A program made the translations under genes and the position numbers. From assembly GCA_040285745.1 (NCBI GenBank), contig JAUFOR010000003.1:62001-126000 (forward strand): a stretch of 64,000 nucleotides of DNA, given 5' to 3'. Within the stretch, counting starts at the first letter, position 1; every line of letters begins with the position of its first letter. Positions 10,475 through 21,075 of this stretch are shown in pieces. The notes beneath the pieces were generated by a model. That model saw only the letters and a program-made list of their open reading frames with translations, was not told the DNA's origin and ran no database searches. Source of the stretch: Barthelona sp. PCE. Lineage: Eukaryota.

Positions 10475-10922
10475 TTTCTGTGTTGAAAGTTACAAAAGGT
10501 GAGAAAAGGGTGACAAAATGTGTGACAGAATTTGAAAGCAGTTTGTAATCGAGATAATCTGTAGACTGAGGGATAAAATGTATGTTGCACATGTTTAGAC
10601 CTTAGTTTTTAGTTGTGAATTATTGTTGAGTGAGAGTTTTGAACACATCATGATTGTGGTTTCAAACTCACAAAAAAGACTCAAATATTATGGGAAATGG
10701 TTAAAAAGGCGAGAATATTGCTCAGATAAGGTTATTAAGCATTTATTCAAAAGAGATGCACATCTAAAATTTATTTTACACTCATTTTTAGTGTGGTCAG
10801 TACGACGTGTATGGTATTTAGCAGTGTTTGAACTTGGTTTAGGATACAAAAAATGAGAACAATATTCTTGTTTTAACTATTTCATCTTACTTCATTACAT
10901 TTTGTTGGATTTATTAACATAA

Positions 10923-12803
10923 ATGCAGACCAATTTTAATTTAGACGAATCAGATCTTGCAAAAATCAATGCAGAACTGGATCTCGAAGTGGAAAATGAG
11001 TTGGCTATGTTAGAAGCAGAATTGGAGGGTAACCCTTCGCCACAGCCGGCCAAACCACGTGCTCAGCAACGAAGGGCGCCTACACAACAAGCTCCACAAC
11101 AGAGGAAACCCCAACCTGCCCAGGTTCCAAAGCCAAAACCTGCCCAGTCACCTAACGACCTACAGGCTGCAATGGCACAGGCCCAAGCAGCGCTCAACAT
11201 GGATTTAGATGCTATTCCAAGCTCAGGTGAAGACAGCGATATTGATCTCGGGGAGTTGGAGGGAGAGTATGTTCCTCAAGCACGTCCAGCACCAGCTATT
11301 GAGAGGCGTCCACAACCAGAACCCAAAGCTCGTCAGCCTCACCGTAACCCAAAGGCTGAGACTCCTGCTGTTCGTCAGGTCAAACCGCAGACGAGAGTTG
11401 ACGTTTCTCCCGCCGAGATGAAAGCACATTCGAAAGATGTGGATGTTTCACTCAAGGAGCTGATGAAGGAGAGCTCTGAACAGCACATCAAGGCAGCACG
11501 TACTGCCCGTGCGTTTGGATGGACACTTCTTCAGGAGCATTATATGGCAGCCCTCAAGTATATAAAGGCAATGCTGGCTAATGGAACATTCGGAACACCA
11601 CCCAACACTTTTGCTCCGGTTGATTTGGTCAACTTTAAACCGTTTAAAGTGGAAACCGCTAATACAATCCAGGAAATCTTAACAGATCAAGAAAAGAAGA
11701 TCGAAGAGCTTATTTCAAGGTTTCCTAAGAACAAAACCCTTCGCGTGGAGTTACAACTGACCCGTACATGTCAAGAAATTGTAGTCAAAGCAAAGCAGGT
11801 GCGCGCAATCCCCAAATATGTAGTTAAGGACCGCAGTCTTACTTACGAGGATTGTAACCCCAACATCCCCCGTCGTGCTATCCGCGTAAGTGTGAAGGAT
11901 ATAAAGATTGCCGCAATGGAGGGTGAGGAAGTGCTGGAGTTTGATGGCAACGCCCGTTTCCGTTCTAATGAGATCAACACAGCTCCAGCTCGCGAAACTG
12001 TTCGTCTTCCAGCAGTTTGCGACATTGATGTTGCTTCATTTGATGGTCGAAAAACTGCACTTAAGAATCATCCTAAATCATGCAATTTTGAGCTAACAAT
12101 TAGTCGCATAGAGTCAGGCTGGTTTGGCCGTGAGAAGAAGCATCTTATTGGAGTTGCCCTAATTCCCCTTGCAAACTTTGCAAACAGATGCACGGTTGAG
12201 GCTACTGTTGACATAATGAACGGCGCAAACAAGGTTGGTGATGTTTCTGTTATTGCAAAGAGCAGGACTCCATTTGTGGCAGACACCGCTAATGTTACAA
12301 TGGACTATAAGCTGCTGGCCTTCACTGGGCACATGTTCAACGCTCCAGTTCCCAACATTACACCCCCAAAACCAACACAACCTGTTGTAGTGCAACCAGC
12401 GCAACCAGTTGTTGTTACTGAATCAACACAATCACAACCCAAACAACAACAACCCAAACAACAACAACCCAAACCACAGAGACAAATTCCAAAGAGCAGG
12501 GATGTGCATAACCCGACAAAGATCGTGGCATATGATGCTGTCTGTTATGAGTTGGAATATGCAAGGGAGAACAGTGATTTCGTTAGAGAAGCTATTCTAG
12601 TTAAGACACAAACAGATCTTCAGAACATGATGGCTAGCGGTCAGTTGACGCCCGACAAGTACCTGATTATTCTTGAGAAGGGCGTCGAATGGGAGGAAGA
12701 CAACCTGCTTTTGAAGCCAAATGATTTGCGTGTTAAGAAGCGTTTGGAACTAATCACTGCCGAATATAATGAAACTAAACAGGCCTTGGAGGAAGCAAAT
12801 TAG
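10923..12803 (+). CDS. CC2D1/Lethal giant discs-like ESCRT-III regulator (DM14-like repeat + C2 domain)
   Basis: DM14-like EQHIKAARTARAFG..HYMAALKYIKAM; C2 end GWFGREKKHLIGVALIPL...CTVEATVDIM...SRTPF; C-terminal SGQLTPDKYL...KRLELITAE helical block. Confidence 0.65.
   Translation: MQTNFNLDESDLAKINAELDLEVENELAMLEAELEGNPSPQPAKPRAQQRRAPTQQAPQQRKPQPAQVPKPKPAQSPNDLQAAMAQAQAALNMDLDAIPSSGEDSDIDLGELEGEYVPQARPAPAIERRPQPEPKARQPHRNPKAETPAVRQVKPQTRVDVSPAEMKAHSKDVDVSLKELMKESSEQHIKAARTARAFGWTLLQEHYMAALKYIKAMLANGTFGTPPNTFAPVDLVNFKPFKVETANTIQEILTDQEKKIEELISRFPKNKTLRVELQLTRTCQEIVVKAKQVRAIPKYVVKDRSLTYEDCNPNIPRRAIRVSVKDIKIAAMEGEEVLEFDGNARFRSNEINTAPARETVRLPAVCDIDVASFDGRKTALKNHPKSCNFELTISRIESGWFGREKKHLIGVALIPLANFANRCTVEATVDIMNGANKVGDVSVIAKSRTPFVADTANVTMDYKLLAFTGHMFNAPVPNITPPKPTQPVVVQPAQPVVVTESTQSQPKQQQPKQQQPKPQRQIPKSRDVHNPTKIVAYDAVCYELEYARENSDFVREAILVKTQTDLQNMMASGQLTPDKYLIILEKGVEWEEDNLLLKPNDLRVKKRLELITAEYNETKQALEEAN
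12435..12473 (+). repeat. 15-bp coding tandem repeat (QPKQQ, about 2.6 copies)
   Basis: caacccaaacaacaa repeated. Confidence 0.85.
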
Positions 12804-13048
12804 AACAATTGAAGATATTTTCCGTGTAAATAAATTAGCGATTTTATGTTTTACTGTTATCTTTGCAGAATTCTACATTCAAGAAACTATATGTAGTGGA
12901 ATTGTGTACATTTGCAGACTATTGGTATTTTGATTTGGGGAATTGAAACTGTTAATACATTTATTCCCAATTCAGCAGAATATTTTGTTTTTGCAGTTCC
13001 CCGTGTATTATAATATCCCTTTTAAAGTTTGTTTAGATTTTTAAATTG

Positions 13049-14824
13049 ATGAAAATTGTCGTTATTGGTGGAAATGCTAGTGGTCTTTCTTGTGCATGTA
13101 GATTAAAAAGAATGACTGATGTTTCTGTTGTTGTTTTTGAGCGTTTGAGCTATACCAGTTATGCAAATTGTGGTCTTCCGTATCACATCAGCGAAACTAT
13201 TGCTAACGAGCAGGATTTGCACGTTACAGACGTTTCCCTACTGGAGGAACGATTTGGACTTGATGTGCGTACAGGAACAAACGTCATAAGTATCGATCGT
13301 GTCGCAAAAAAGGTTTCTGTATTCAATGAGGAGAGAGGCAATTATGATGAGGAGTATGATTACTTGATGCTCAGTCCCGGATCCAGCCCTATCATACCCA
13401 AAGCTGTGCACGGATACAGTAACGTTGTCCAATTGCGGCATGTGGGTGATGCCTCAAAGGCGCGCAGTCTTTCACTAAACTCAAGACATCCCGTTGTTGT
13501 TGGAAGTGGGTACATAGGTCTTGAGGTACTCGAACAGCTTGTGGAGGCCAGAGATGAGTACGGGAACATTGAGACAGTCAGTCTGGCAACGAGATCACCA
13601 TACATGCTGAGATCAACGGTTGATCCCGAAGTTGGTCATTACATCCATGAGGAGTGCATCGCCCACGGTGTGGACCGTATCGTGTACAACACAGTCATTG
13701 ATAGTTGTGACTCGGAGGATGGGAAGATCACCTGCATTCATTTGTCGAACGGGGAGTCTCTTCTATGCGATGTTCTATTCGTTGGAACAGGCGTGTGCCC
13801 ATCGATAGAGCTCGCAAAGGCAGCGGGTTTGCGGATTGAACACGGTGCTGTGTGGTGCAATGACGAGATGCAAACGTCTGATCCTTATGTTTTCACCGCC
13901 GGTGACTGCTGCCTCTATCCCACTCTTTTCGGCATGTGCCCCGTCTCTCTCGCATCCCCAGCCAACAAGGCAGGTCGCATCGCTGCGTGTAACATATACG
14001 CAGCACTGAACCCAGGTGCTCAAGTGCGGAGAATGCCAATGGTCAACGGGACAAGCGCTGTCAAAGTATTTGATCTCGTAGTCGCTGCGACAGGGTACCC
14101 CATGCAGAAGTTGAGAAAGACAGAACTGACAGATGTTGCATGTGTGCGTGTTAACGGTAATAGTCATGCTGGTTATTATCCAGGCGCTGAATCCATCGGC
14201 CTGAAGCTTGTTTTCAACGAGAAGACAGGCGAGATTTACGGTGCCCAATGTACTGGAAAGTATAAAGCGGGTGTTTCTCCTGAGAAGAGGATTGACCTCA
14301 TATCAGCTGTTATGTCAATGAAGGGGACTACTTATGATCTCGAAGAGACTGATCTGGCATACTGTCCCGCGGTTAACTCAGCCAGAGATCCGGCGCAACA
14401 GGCTGCTATGGCTGCAAACAATCATATTGAGGGGTTTTCAGCTTTGTTGGATGTTGATTTTGATTTTTCGAAATTTTCTGATAAGAAGTGTCTTTTTATT
14501 GATGTACGCACCCCCGAGGAGGTGGATTTCATGCCTCTCCCCCTGAAGAGCAGTATTCCTCTTCTCTGCATTCCAATTGATGAGTTGAGAAATAGAATTT
14601 CTGAGATCCCATCTGATACTGATGTCATTTTTACAACTTGCTATTCAGCTAAGAGGTCGCACGTCGCATCACGAATCCTTAGAAACAGAACTTCTGCCAC
14701 AGTATATAATGTTACAGGTGGATTCCTGTTTATCACACACTTTACCGAGCAAATGAAGCTTGGAGCAGCTGATGCATACGTATATGCCTCAGAAGGTGAG
14801 AATAGCTCAATTTTTGAATTCTAG
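13049..14824 (+). CDS. CoA-disulfide reductase-rhodanese fusion (CoADR-RHD / Npsr-type persulfide reductase)
   Basis: IVVIGGNASG FAD loop, SYANCGLPY redox Cys, VVGSGYIGLE, TSDPYVFTAGD, HAGYYPGA, DLAYCP..SARDP; C-terminal rhodanese FIDVRTPEE...IPIDELRNRI...TCYSAKRS. Confidence 0.88.
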   Translation: MKIVVIGGNASGLSCACRLKRMTDVSVVVFERLSYTSYANCGLPYHISETIANEQDLHVTDVSLLEERFGLDVRTGTNVISIDRVAKKVSVFNEERGNYDEEYDYLMLSPGSSPIIPKAVHGYSNVVQLRHVGDASKARSLSLNSRHPVVVGSGYIGLEVLEQLVEARDEYGNIETVSLATRSPYMLRSTVDPEVGHYIHEECIAHGVDRIVYNTVIDSCDSEDGKITCIHLSNGESLLCDVLFVGTGVCPSIELAKAAGLRIEHGAVWCNDEMQTSDPYVFTAGDCCLYPTLFGMCPVSLASPANKAGRIAACNIYAALNPGAQVRRMPMVNGTSAVKVFDLVVAATGYPMQKLRKTELTDVACVRVNGNSHAGYYPGAESIGLKLVFNEKTGEIYGAQCTGKYKAGVSPEKRIDLISAVMSMKGTTYDLEETDLAYCPAVNSARDPAQQAAMAANNHIEGFSALLDVDFDFSKFSDKKCLFIDVRTPEEVDFMPLPLKSSIPLLCIPIDELRNRISEIPSDTDVIFTTCYSAKRSHVASRILRNRTSATVYNVTGGFLFITHFTEQMKLGAADAYVYASEGENSSIFEF

Positions 14825-14894
14825 TAGTATCATAGTAGTAAAGTTTAGGATGATTTAGTTTTTTCTCTTTTTTCCTTTCAATAATTCCGCTTTT

Positions 14895-17800
14895 ATGCGT
14901 TACGTCGTGTACCAGCAGCACCTGTTCAGCAGCGTGCCCATTATTTTGGAACTGTTTGAAACATCTTCGCTTGTCTTATTAAGCAATGACGCTATTAGAT
15001 CATTTGTGAAAGATGATGTCACCAACATTGAGGCGCACCGCTCCAAAAAGGACACATTTTCGGTCCGTTTGAAGCGTTCCAATCATACTTTTAAAATTGA
15101 TCCTGATTTGCGTTCTCATTTGCTTTCTGAACTTAATTTTTTTGCAGGAACCTCGCCCACCCATACAGCAGAGGTACAGACACACATCAATGAGCAACCA
15201 GAAGGTCGCAATCGTGTCCATCTGCATAGCATGTGTTTGGAGATTAAACTCCTTGAAAAACGGTTTTTCTTGGACGATATTGTTGACCTAATCCGAGATG
15301 AACATTCTACACGTTTGCGTCTCGTTTTAAAAAGAGATATTGTAACTTTTGGTTTTTCTGAAAAGACTGTTCGTGACGAGTTTTTCCAAAAACTCACAGA
15401 AGCTTGCACTGCGATCGGCCACACCGTCGAGAAGACTGTTCTCGAAGAAGATAAGGTTGAAATCATCAGTGTTACTGATTTGCGTGAACTGCAACACAGT
15501 TTTTATACTTATGCAACAAAGGGTAAGACCTTGCGTCTTTTCCCCGATGAAATCGTATACAAGGCAAATAACGAGAGTGTTGTCTATATTCCGTTTGATG
15601 CAATCAATCATATTGTGTACGATCATTCTTCGTTGGAGATCAATTATGGAGTCAATCAGATGCTTGATTGCATTTTCAGCGATGATCAGCTATGTGAAAA
15701 GTGTCTTGTTTTGATTCTTGAGAAGAAAGCTGTCCCCCTGTACTCCATAGCACCAGAGAAAACTGTTTTTGTCCATGGTGTCCTCAACACAAAATACGTT
15801 GAAACTTTGTTGAACAATCTTCCAGAGTCAAGCGAGCGTCTTTTCGCTGTCCTATCCGAAGTTAACAGTGGTATTATGGACTTTGTGCCTCGTGAAGGAT
15901 GTAGTGCTGTAATGACTGGTATTAGAGATCTCATTCCTAAGATCATCGGGCTCAATGCGCGCACAGATCTTACCGAAGCCCAAAGAAAGGACCTGCATTG
16001 TTGCACAGGATGCCTAGAACAACTGTCTGCTATTGTTATAAAGGGTTTGCACGAAAAGGGCGGTCATCTCGCCAGAACAATATCTCGTGACTCCATTGCA
16101 ACACGTACGTTTATCGATTCAATTCTGTCTTTAATCTCTGTTGCAGACCGTGCTCCTGTCATAGTATGTCAGGCGCTGTCAATTTTGACTAACATGCTCA
16201 ATAGTGATGTATCCAAGGTGATGCGTGTGGGTCAGGCACTCAGAAACATCCTCAACTCCCAGGAAATATTCACATTGTTGTACGAATGCTTCTCAGAGAA
16301 GCACGAGACGAAAAGCCCACTCGTTATGGATGCAGTTTTCCAACTTGTTTGCGGTATCAGCGCAACCGAGCATGTTGCCCTTCTGGAACCCGGAGCCTTG
16401 GAGGTACACCAGCTGAAGAGCTTTAGAACACGTATGAGCGTTCTCCTTCAGTTCACCCAGCAAATCTTACCTCATGTTCTTGAAACAATGGTCTTCCGCA
16501 CATATGAGGCAATGCCGCTCAGCAGCTTGCGCCTCTTCAGGCACATGTTCCTATCAGCACGGGATGAGCTGCGTGTCAGTTTATGCGGCAAAGTCCTCAA
16601 CAGCGGTGCTTTTCTGGGAATTTTGCAGACAATCCTGAACCCAGGTATTGTTAACAACGAGCGTCAGCACCTGGCTGGTAGTATTATGCAGTTCATCTGT
16701 TCAACCGATGAAAGGGTATTCCTATGTCTTACACGTGTGCTTCCGAAGTCTATGAACACTCTGCTACTTCGGGGACACTACGACGCTATATCTGACGCAG
16801 ATCTTAGTCGTTTCATTGCCAGGCACTACGCCGAAGTTAAGAAGCGAAAGTATCCACTTTTACCATTCCCCAAATGGTGGGCAAGTATTAACAGCGATAT
16901 TTACACGAATACAATGGTGTGGAACACGGATATCAAGGGAGATATCATGAAGGCAATCGACTCTGACGTGGAGATGCTTTTCAAAGCCAGAGTTGTGGAT
17001 GAAAACACGCTTTGGAATTTCCATGATTTCAGCGTTGGTGACTTGAGAATCCCTAATTTGAAACAACTATGTCCTGTTGGCGGTTACTATCTGAGCGTTT
17101 TGCAAAAGAATGGTATCCAGAAGCTTAAGAATCCAGGAATCTTGCTTGATGCACTTTTCTGGCCTCTTTTTGAGCAGCACCAAAGCAACTACCGTATTCT
17201 CGTGCTCTATATCACGCTTGCTCTTCTCGAGCACTATGATGATCTCTCAGCATCATTTTCTATTGCGAGAACGTCACATTTGGTGAGATTATTTGCATCG
17301 GATCTGTTAGAGAACCCAATGTCTCTGTATTTACTCAAGATCTTTAAACACCTGCTCAAGAGCACAGATGTTTGCGTTGAATTCGTTAGAGCTGGTGCAT
17401 TAGACCCACTGTTCAAGGTTATCATGCTTCTACATTCTGCCGATCAGCGTAAGTCTCTTCGTAATATACAAACAGTTGCTGACGAGGCAGCCGAAATGGA
17501 CGATGAAAACGTCGTTAATCTGAGCGGTGAGGTGTGGAATTTGGCACATTTAGTACCCCCCAAGGATGTTCAGGTAGAGTTTGCCATTAAAATGGAGTCT
17601 GTTGATGCAGCATGTATCAAAGACGTCAAGTTCGATGCTGGTATTCTTGCGCTCGAGTGTATCCAGTTGCTGTGTTCCATTGATGAATATACGAACGTGG
17701 CACCATCTTCTTTTGCCCAGCAGGTGCTTACACACCCGTACTTTATGAGCAGGTTGGTACAGCTGCTCTACACCAGCCACACAACGGTCATACATACGGT

Positions 17801-20800
17801 CCTTACACTCATTGAATCAATATTCCGTAGCTCTCCTCTAGTAATTAACGCACTTCATCAGTACTCATTTTACCCGATTGTCTTGATGCTTGCATTCGAT
17901 AGCGATTACGGCGAGCAGGCCTGGCGTATAATCAAGCGCACTCACAAGGTGCACTTCCCACAGTCTGTATTTGCAGACATCCTTCCTTCTCCAATCCTCC
18001 TGCTCATCGACGAACTGTCACCGAAGGAGTTGTCTGAGTCCCTCAATCAGAACCTCGACACTGCAACATGCGTGTGGAACGATGCAATGCGCAGACGTCT
18101 TATTTCTCATCTCGGGTCTTCAATCCCTGAAGTTGAACGTCTTTCTTCCAATCCCGTGCCTTTTAATTATGTCCCCATCGCTCCACTGGAGTACCCCGAG
18201 CTCAAGAGCGAGTTATGTGCGCACTCCATCTTCCTTCGTCCCTTCGTGTCTGCCTCCAAAAAAATGCAGGTGTACGACACGGATAAGGTTTTGTGGGCAT
18301 GTTTTGATCTGCTAAAGACTCAGAAACAGCATACAGAGATCATCTGTAAGGCAATTCTGAAGCTTTACCAGCAATACTCCACAAAGGAAGAAGGCAGCGC
18401 TTTCATCAACATCACCGAGGAACAGTGGTCACTTATTTTCGGCGTGTACGGCACCGTGGAGGACAGCATTAGTGCGTCTATTCTATTCAGTATTATCTCT
18501 TACAACGGAACTAATATAAACAGCTTCATCAAGTACGGAGGTCTCGATTTTGTTTCGCTTACAATTGATAAGCCTTATTCACTGCCTGCGTTTGACTTGT
18601 TGGTAGATCTGTTAAAGATGAACACTGTGTTATCCGCCGCGTGCAAAGACATGCTTCTGGTCAACAAACTGTACGCTATTTTCATTCGTTTCGACGATAT
18701 CTTCTACAAGATGACGGAAATCATGCAGCTTATCGCCAGCAGTGCAGACTGCGCAGGCTTACTGATCGAAAACGGTATTGTGTTTGAGATCCTTGCAAAA
18801 ATCAAAGATCACAACTTTGAATCGCTTTACAAACTTTTGATGAAGATCCATGGTCACTCTTCCGTTGTTGACATCGCAGCGACAGTCATCCCGAAGCGCC
18901 TTGCTGAAACTATGGTTGATGACTTAATCACATTTAAGAAGCAGTTCTTGGAAGGCTGCTACATCTCTACACTCATTTGGACTGAGAAACAGATGAATTT
19001 ATTCGCCGAAAAGATTCCATTCGTCATCGACGGATCCATTGCAGGTATCGAATACACTTATATGGATGAGTTTGTTGTCGATGGCATTTTTGTACGACCC
19101 TTCATTAGCGATCCAGATACTCAGCTGCCCAATCCCATCAAGTTTATCAGTGGATGTCTTGAGCGTATTCTGGTTGATCCTGTATTTTCAAAGGCGCTAC
19201 TCAGTACTGTTGCTGTCTATCTTAGTCAGACTCAGGTTGAGGAGCTTGTTATTTCTGAGATGTCGAAGATTGTAGATGCAGCGCTCTGCGACAACGAGGA
19301 GATAAGTGAAAGCGCATGTCGCTTGCTACAGCTTATTCTCACAGAGAGCACAGAGCTTGAATGTATGATATTGAGTAATCTGAGTTTCCTATCGGCGGAC
19401 AAGAAGAAGGCCCTCATCAATCTCGCAGTCGATACATCCAACATTGTGTTCTTGCACCTATTTGCCCGTGAAGAATCTCTTTGTAAGTTGTATTACTCGC
19501 TTGGTGTCACTCTCGATCTTGCTGAATGGGGTCTTGGTATAGTATCGCAGCGTGCTGACGTTGCAGCTGTTGCGCTTGAGATGTTTGTGACTATGTGTGA
19601 CGACATCTGCGAGAGTATCTTCCCCGATGCACTTGGTGCTGTTCTTAAGAAGGAAGGTAGTGCAGTTCTTCTTTCAGACTTTAAGTCCCCTGTCTGTATG
19701 TGGACAACTCAGATGCTGGACGAGTTAAAGGCCTTTATCAGACGTGAACGCGAGGCGCACACCCCTGGAACAAAGTGGTCTCCCAAGGAGTTACCACATC
19801 TGGAGACGACAGCAATGGAAATTGGAGGGTTGTATGTCAACGAGTTTATCAGCTATCCTGAGTTTGCTATTGCAGAGTATCTGCCAAACATTGACGACGA
19901 GATCATCTCTCAGTTGAACTTGCGCACCTCCGATCCGGAGTTGCTCATTGATCTTCTGTCAAGGATGGTCAAATACCATTTCGACGACTACCCACTGCTG
20001 GGGTCATCAGTGTGTTTGTATTCGGTGTTTATCGCAGCAACAGACAAGATTCCTGGTGCTGATCGCCTCCGAGATCAGTTACGCAATCGCGACTTGTACT
20101 CCAAGGAGGTCATTGGATTTTTGGATAAAGTGGCTCAGGATATTGGTGCTACGCAGGACCAAGCAAAGATAGGACAGTACTGTCTTCATTTGTTCGAGTT
20201 CATTGATGTGTATGGAGCATGTTTCGGAGATAGTGAGATCGCACCAATTATTGTGGAGTTAACACGCACCAGTGATCCGGATCTGGTTGAATTTGTGGGT
20301 ATGGCGCTCGAGAAACTTGAGCAGAAGGCACCTGTTTTGCGAGATCTTCATGCGACGATGTACCCTGAAGATTTTACTGAAACAGCCGCTGCCCCAGTTG
20401 TTGAAGTTGTTGTCGAGCCAGAAGAGCCTGTTACTGAGGTTGGTCCTACACAGTTGACGGAACCCGTTCAACCAGAAGTTCAGCCAGAAGTTCAACCAGA
20501 AGTTCAGCCAGAAGTTCAACCAGAAGCTCAGCCAGAAGTTCAGCCTGTAACAGAAGAATCTGTTGAGACTGAACAACCTGTTCCAGCTGAACCTGTCGTT
20601 GAGCCCAAGACAGAATCTTTGGAGCTATCTCCTGATGTTCCAGTTGATGTTGTTGAAACCCCTCGTGTAGAACCTGAACCAGTTGAAGAGCAACAAGAAC
20701 CCGCCAAAGTAACAAACACATCAGAAGAGAAGGTGATGTTGGAGGAAGAATTTAACATTCGACCTGAAAGTCAAGAAACAGATTTAGAACGAATTTACTA

Positions 20801-21068
20801 TCAAAATAAGGCTGAAAAAATGGAACAACGTCCCATCTCTATTCCTCTTGATAAAGACCCTCAATTTGGAGGTAAGAGAAAGCCTTATGTTGAAGTGAGT
20901 CATACAGAACCCACAACACCGTTGACCAAACAACCTTCTGTTGAGATAAACACAAACATATCAGTGGATGATGAACCTCAATTGTCTTTGGAATTAAGTC
21001 CTGATGCTTCTAAAACAACAATAAGCGATGAGATTACTTTTGATGTTCATATTTCTACAAAAGAGTAA
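14895..21068 (+). CDS. RME8: RME-8/DNAJC13-like endosomal scaffold, apparently without a J domain
   Basis: Four IWN-type repeats (TMVWNTDIK, TCVWNDAMRRRL, TLIWTEKQM, VCMWTTQMLDEL), each followed by an (E)xxVxxx[YF]L-type segment, with ARM-like helices between them. No HPD tripeptide seen. Confidence 0.75.
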   Translation: MRYVVYQQHLFSSVPIILELFETSSLVLLSNDAIRSFVKDDVTNIEAHRSKKDTFSVRLKRSNHTFKIDPDLRSHLLSELNFFAGTSPTHTAEVQTHINEQPEGRNRVHLHSMCLEIKLLEKRFFLDDIVDLIRDEHSTRLRLVLKRDIVTFGFSEKTVRDEFFQKLTEACTAIGHTVEKTVLEEDKVEIISVTDLRELQHSFYTYATKGKTLRLFPDEIVYKANNESVVYIPFDAINHIVYDHSSLEINYGVNQMLDCIFSDDQLCEKCLVLILEKKAVPLYSIAPEKTVFVHGVLNTKYVETLLNNLPESSERLFAVLSEVNSGIMDFVPREGCSAVMTGIRDLIPKIIGLNARTDLTEAQRKDLHCCTGCLEQLSAIVIKGLHEKGGHLARTISRDSIATRTFIDSILSLISVADRAPVIVCQALSILTNMLNSDVSKVMRVGQALRNILNSQEIFTLLYECFSEKHETKSPLVMDAVFQLVCGISATEHVALLEPGALEVHQLKSFRTRMSVLLQFTQQILPHVLETMVFRTYEAMPLSSLRLFRHMFLSARDELRVSLCGKVLNSGAFLGILQTILNPGIVNNERQHLAGSIMQFICSTDERVFLCLTRVLPKSMNTLLLRGHYDAISDADLSRFIARHYAEVKKRKYPLLPFPKWWASINSDIYTNTMVWNTDIKGDIMKAIDSDVEMLFKARVVDENTLWNFHDFSVGDLRIPNLKQLCPVGGYYLSVLQKNGIQKLKNPGILLDALFWPLFEQHQSNYRILVLYITLALLEHYDDLSASFSIARTSHLVRLFASDLLENPMSLYLLKIFKHLLKSTDVCVEFVRAGALDPLFKVIMLLHSADQRKSLRNIQTVADEAAEMDDENVVNLSGEVWNLAHLVPPKDVQVEFAIKMESVDAACIKDVKFDAGILALECIQLLCSIDEYTNVAPSSFAQQVLTHPYFMSRLVQLLYTSHTTVIHTVLTLIESIFRSSPLVINALHQYSFYPIVLMLAFDSDYGEQAWRIIKRTHKVHFPQSVFADILPSPILLLIDELSPKELSESLNQNLDTATCVWNDAMRRRLISHLGSSIPEVERLSSNPVPFNYVPIAPLEYPELKSELCAHSIFLRPFVSASKKMQVYDTDKVLWACFDLLKTQKQHTEIICKAILKLYQQYSTKEEGSAFINITEEQWSLIFGVYGTVEDSISASILFSIISYNGTNINSFIKYGGLDFVSLTIDKPYSLPAFDLLVDLLKMNTVLSAACKDMLLVNKLYAIFIRFDDIFYKMTEIMQLIASSADCAGLLIENGIVFEILAKIKDHNFESLYKLLMKIHGHSSVVDIAATVIPKRLAETMVDDLITFKKQFLEGCYISTLIWTEKQMNLFAEKIPFVIDGSIAGIEYTYMDEFVVDGIFVRPFISDPDTQLPNPIKFISGCLERILVDPVFSKALLSTVAVYLSQTQVEELVISEMSKIVDAALCDNEEISESACRLLQLILTESTELECMILSNLSFLSADKKKALINLAVDTSNIVFLHLFAREESLCKLYYSLGVTLDLAEWGLGIVSQRADVAAVALEMFVTMCDDICESIFPDALGAVLKKEGSAVLLSDFKSPVCMWTTQMLDELKAFIRREREAHTPGTKWSPKELPHLETTAMEIGGLYVNEFISYPEFAIAEYLPNIDDEIISQLNLRTSDPELLIDLLSRMVKYHFDDYPLLGSSVCLYSVFIAATDKIPGADRLRDQLRNRDLYSKEVIGFLDKVAQDIGATQDQAKIGQYCLHLFEFIDVYGACFGDSEIAPIIVELTRTSDPDLVEFVGMALEKLEQKAPVLRDLHATMYPEDFTETAAAPVVEVVVEPEEPVTEVGPTQLTEPVQPEVQPEVQPEVQPEVQPEAQPEVQPVTEESVETEQPVPAEPVVEPKTESLELSPDVPVDVVETPRVEPEPVEEQQEPAKVTNTSEEKVMLEEEFNIRPESQETDLERIYYQNKAEKMEQRPISIPLDKDPQFGGKRKPYVEVSHTEPTTPLTKQPSVEINTNISVDDEPQLSLELSPDASKTTISDEITFDVHISTKE
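20469..20546 (+). repeat. 12-bp coding minisatellite (QPEV x6) with 24-bp higher-order structure
   Basis: Units CAA/CAG-CCA-GAA-GTT alternate CAA and CAG strictly; one unit has GCT. Confidence 0.95.
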
Positions 21069-21075
21069 ATTGTAA

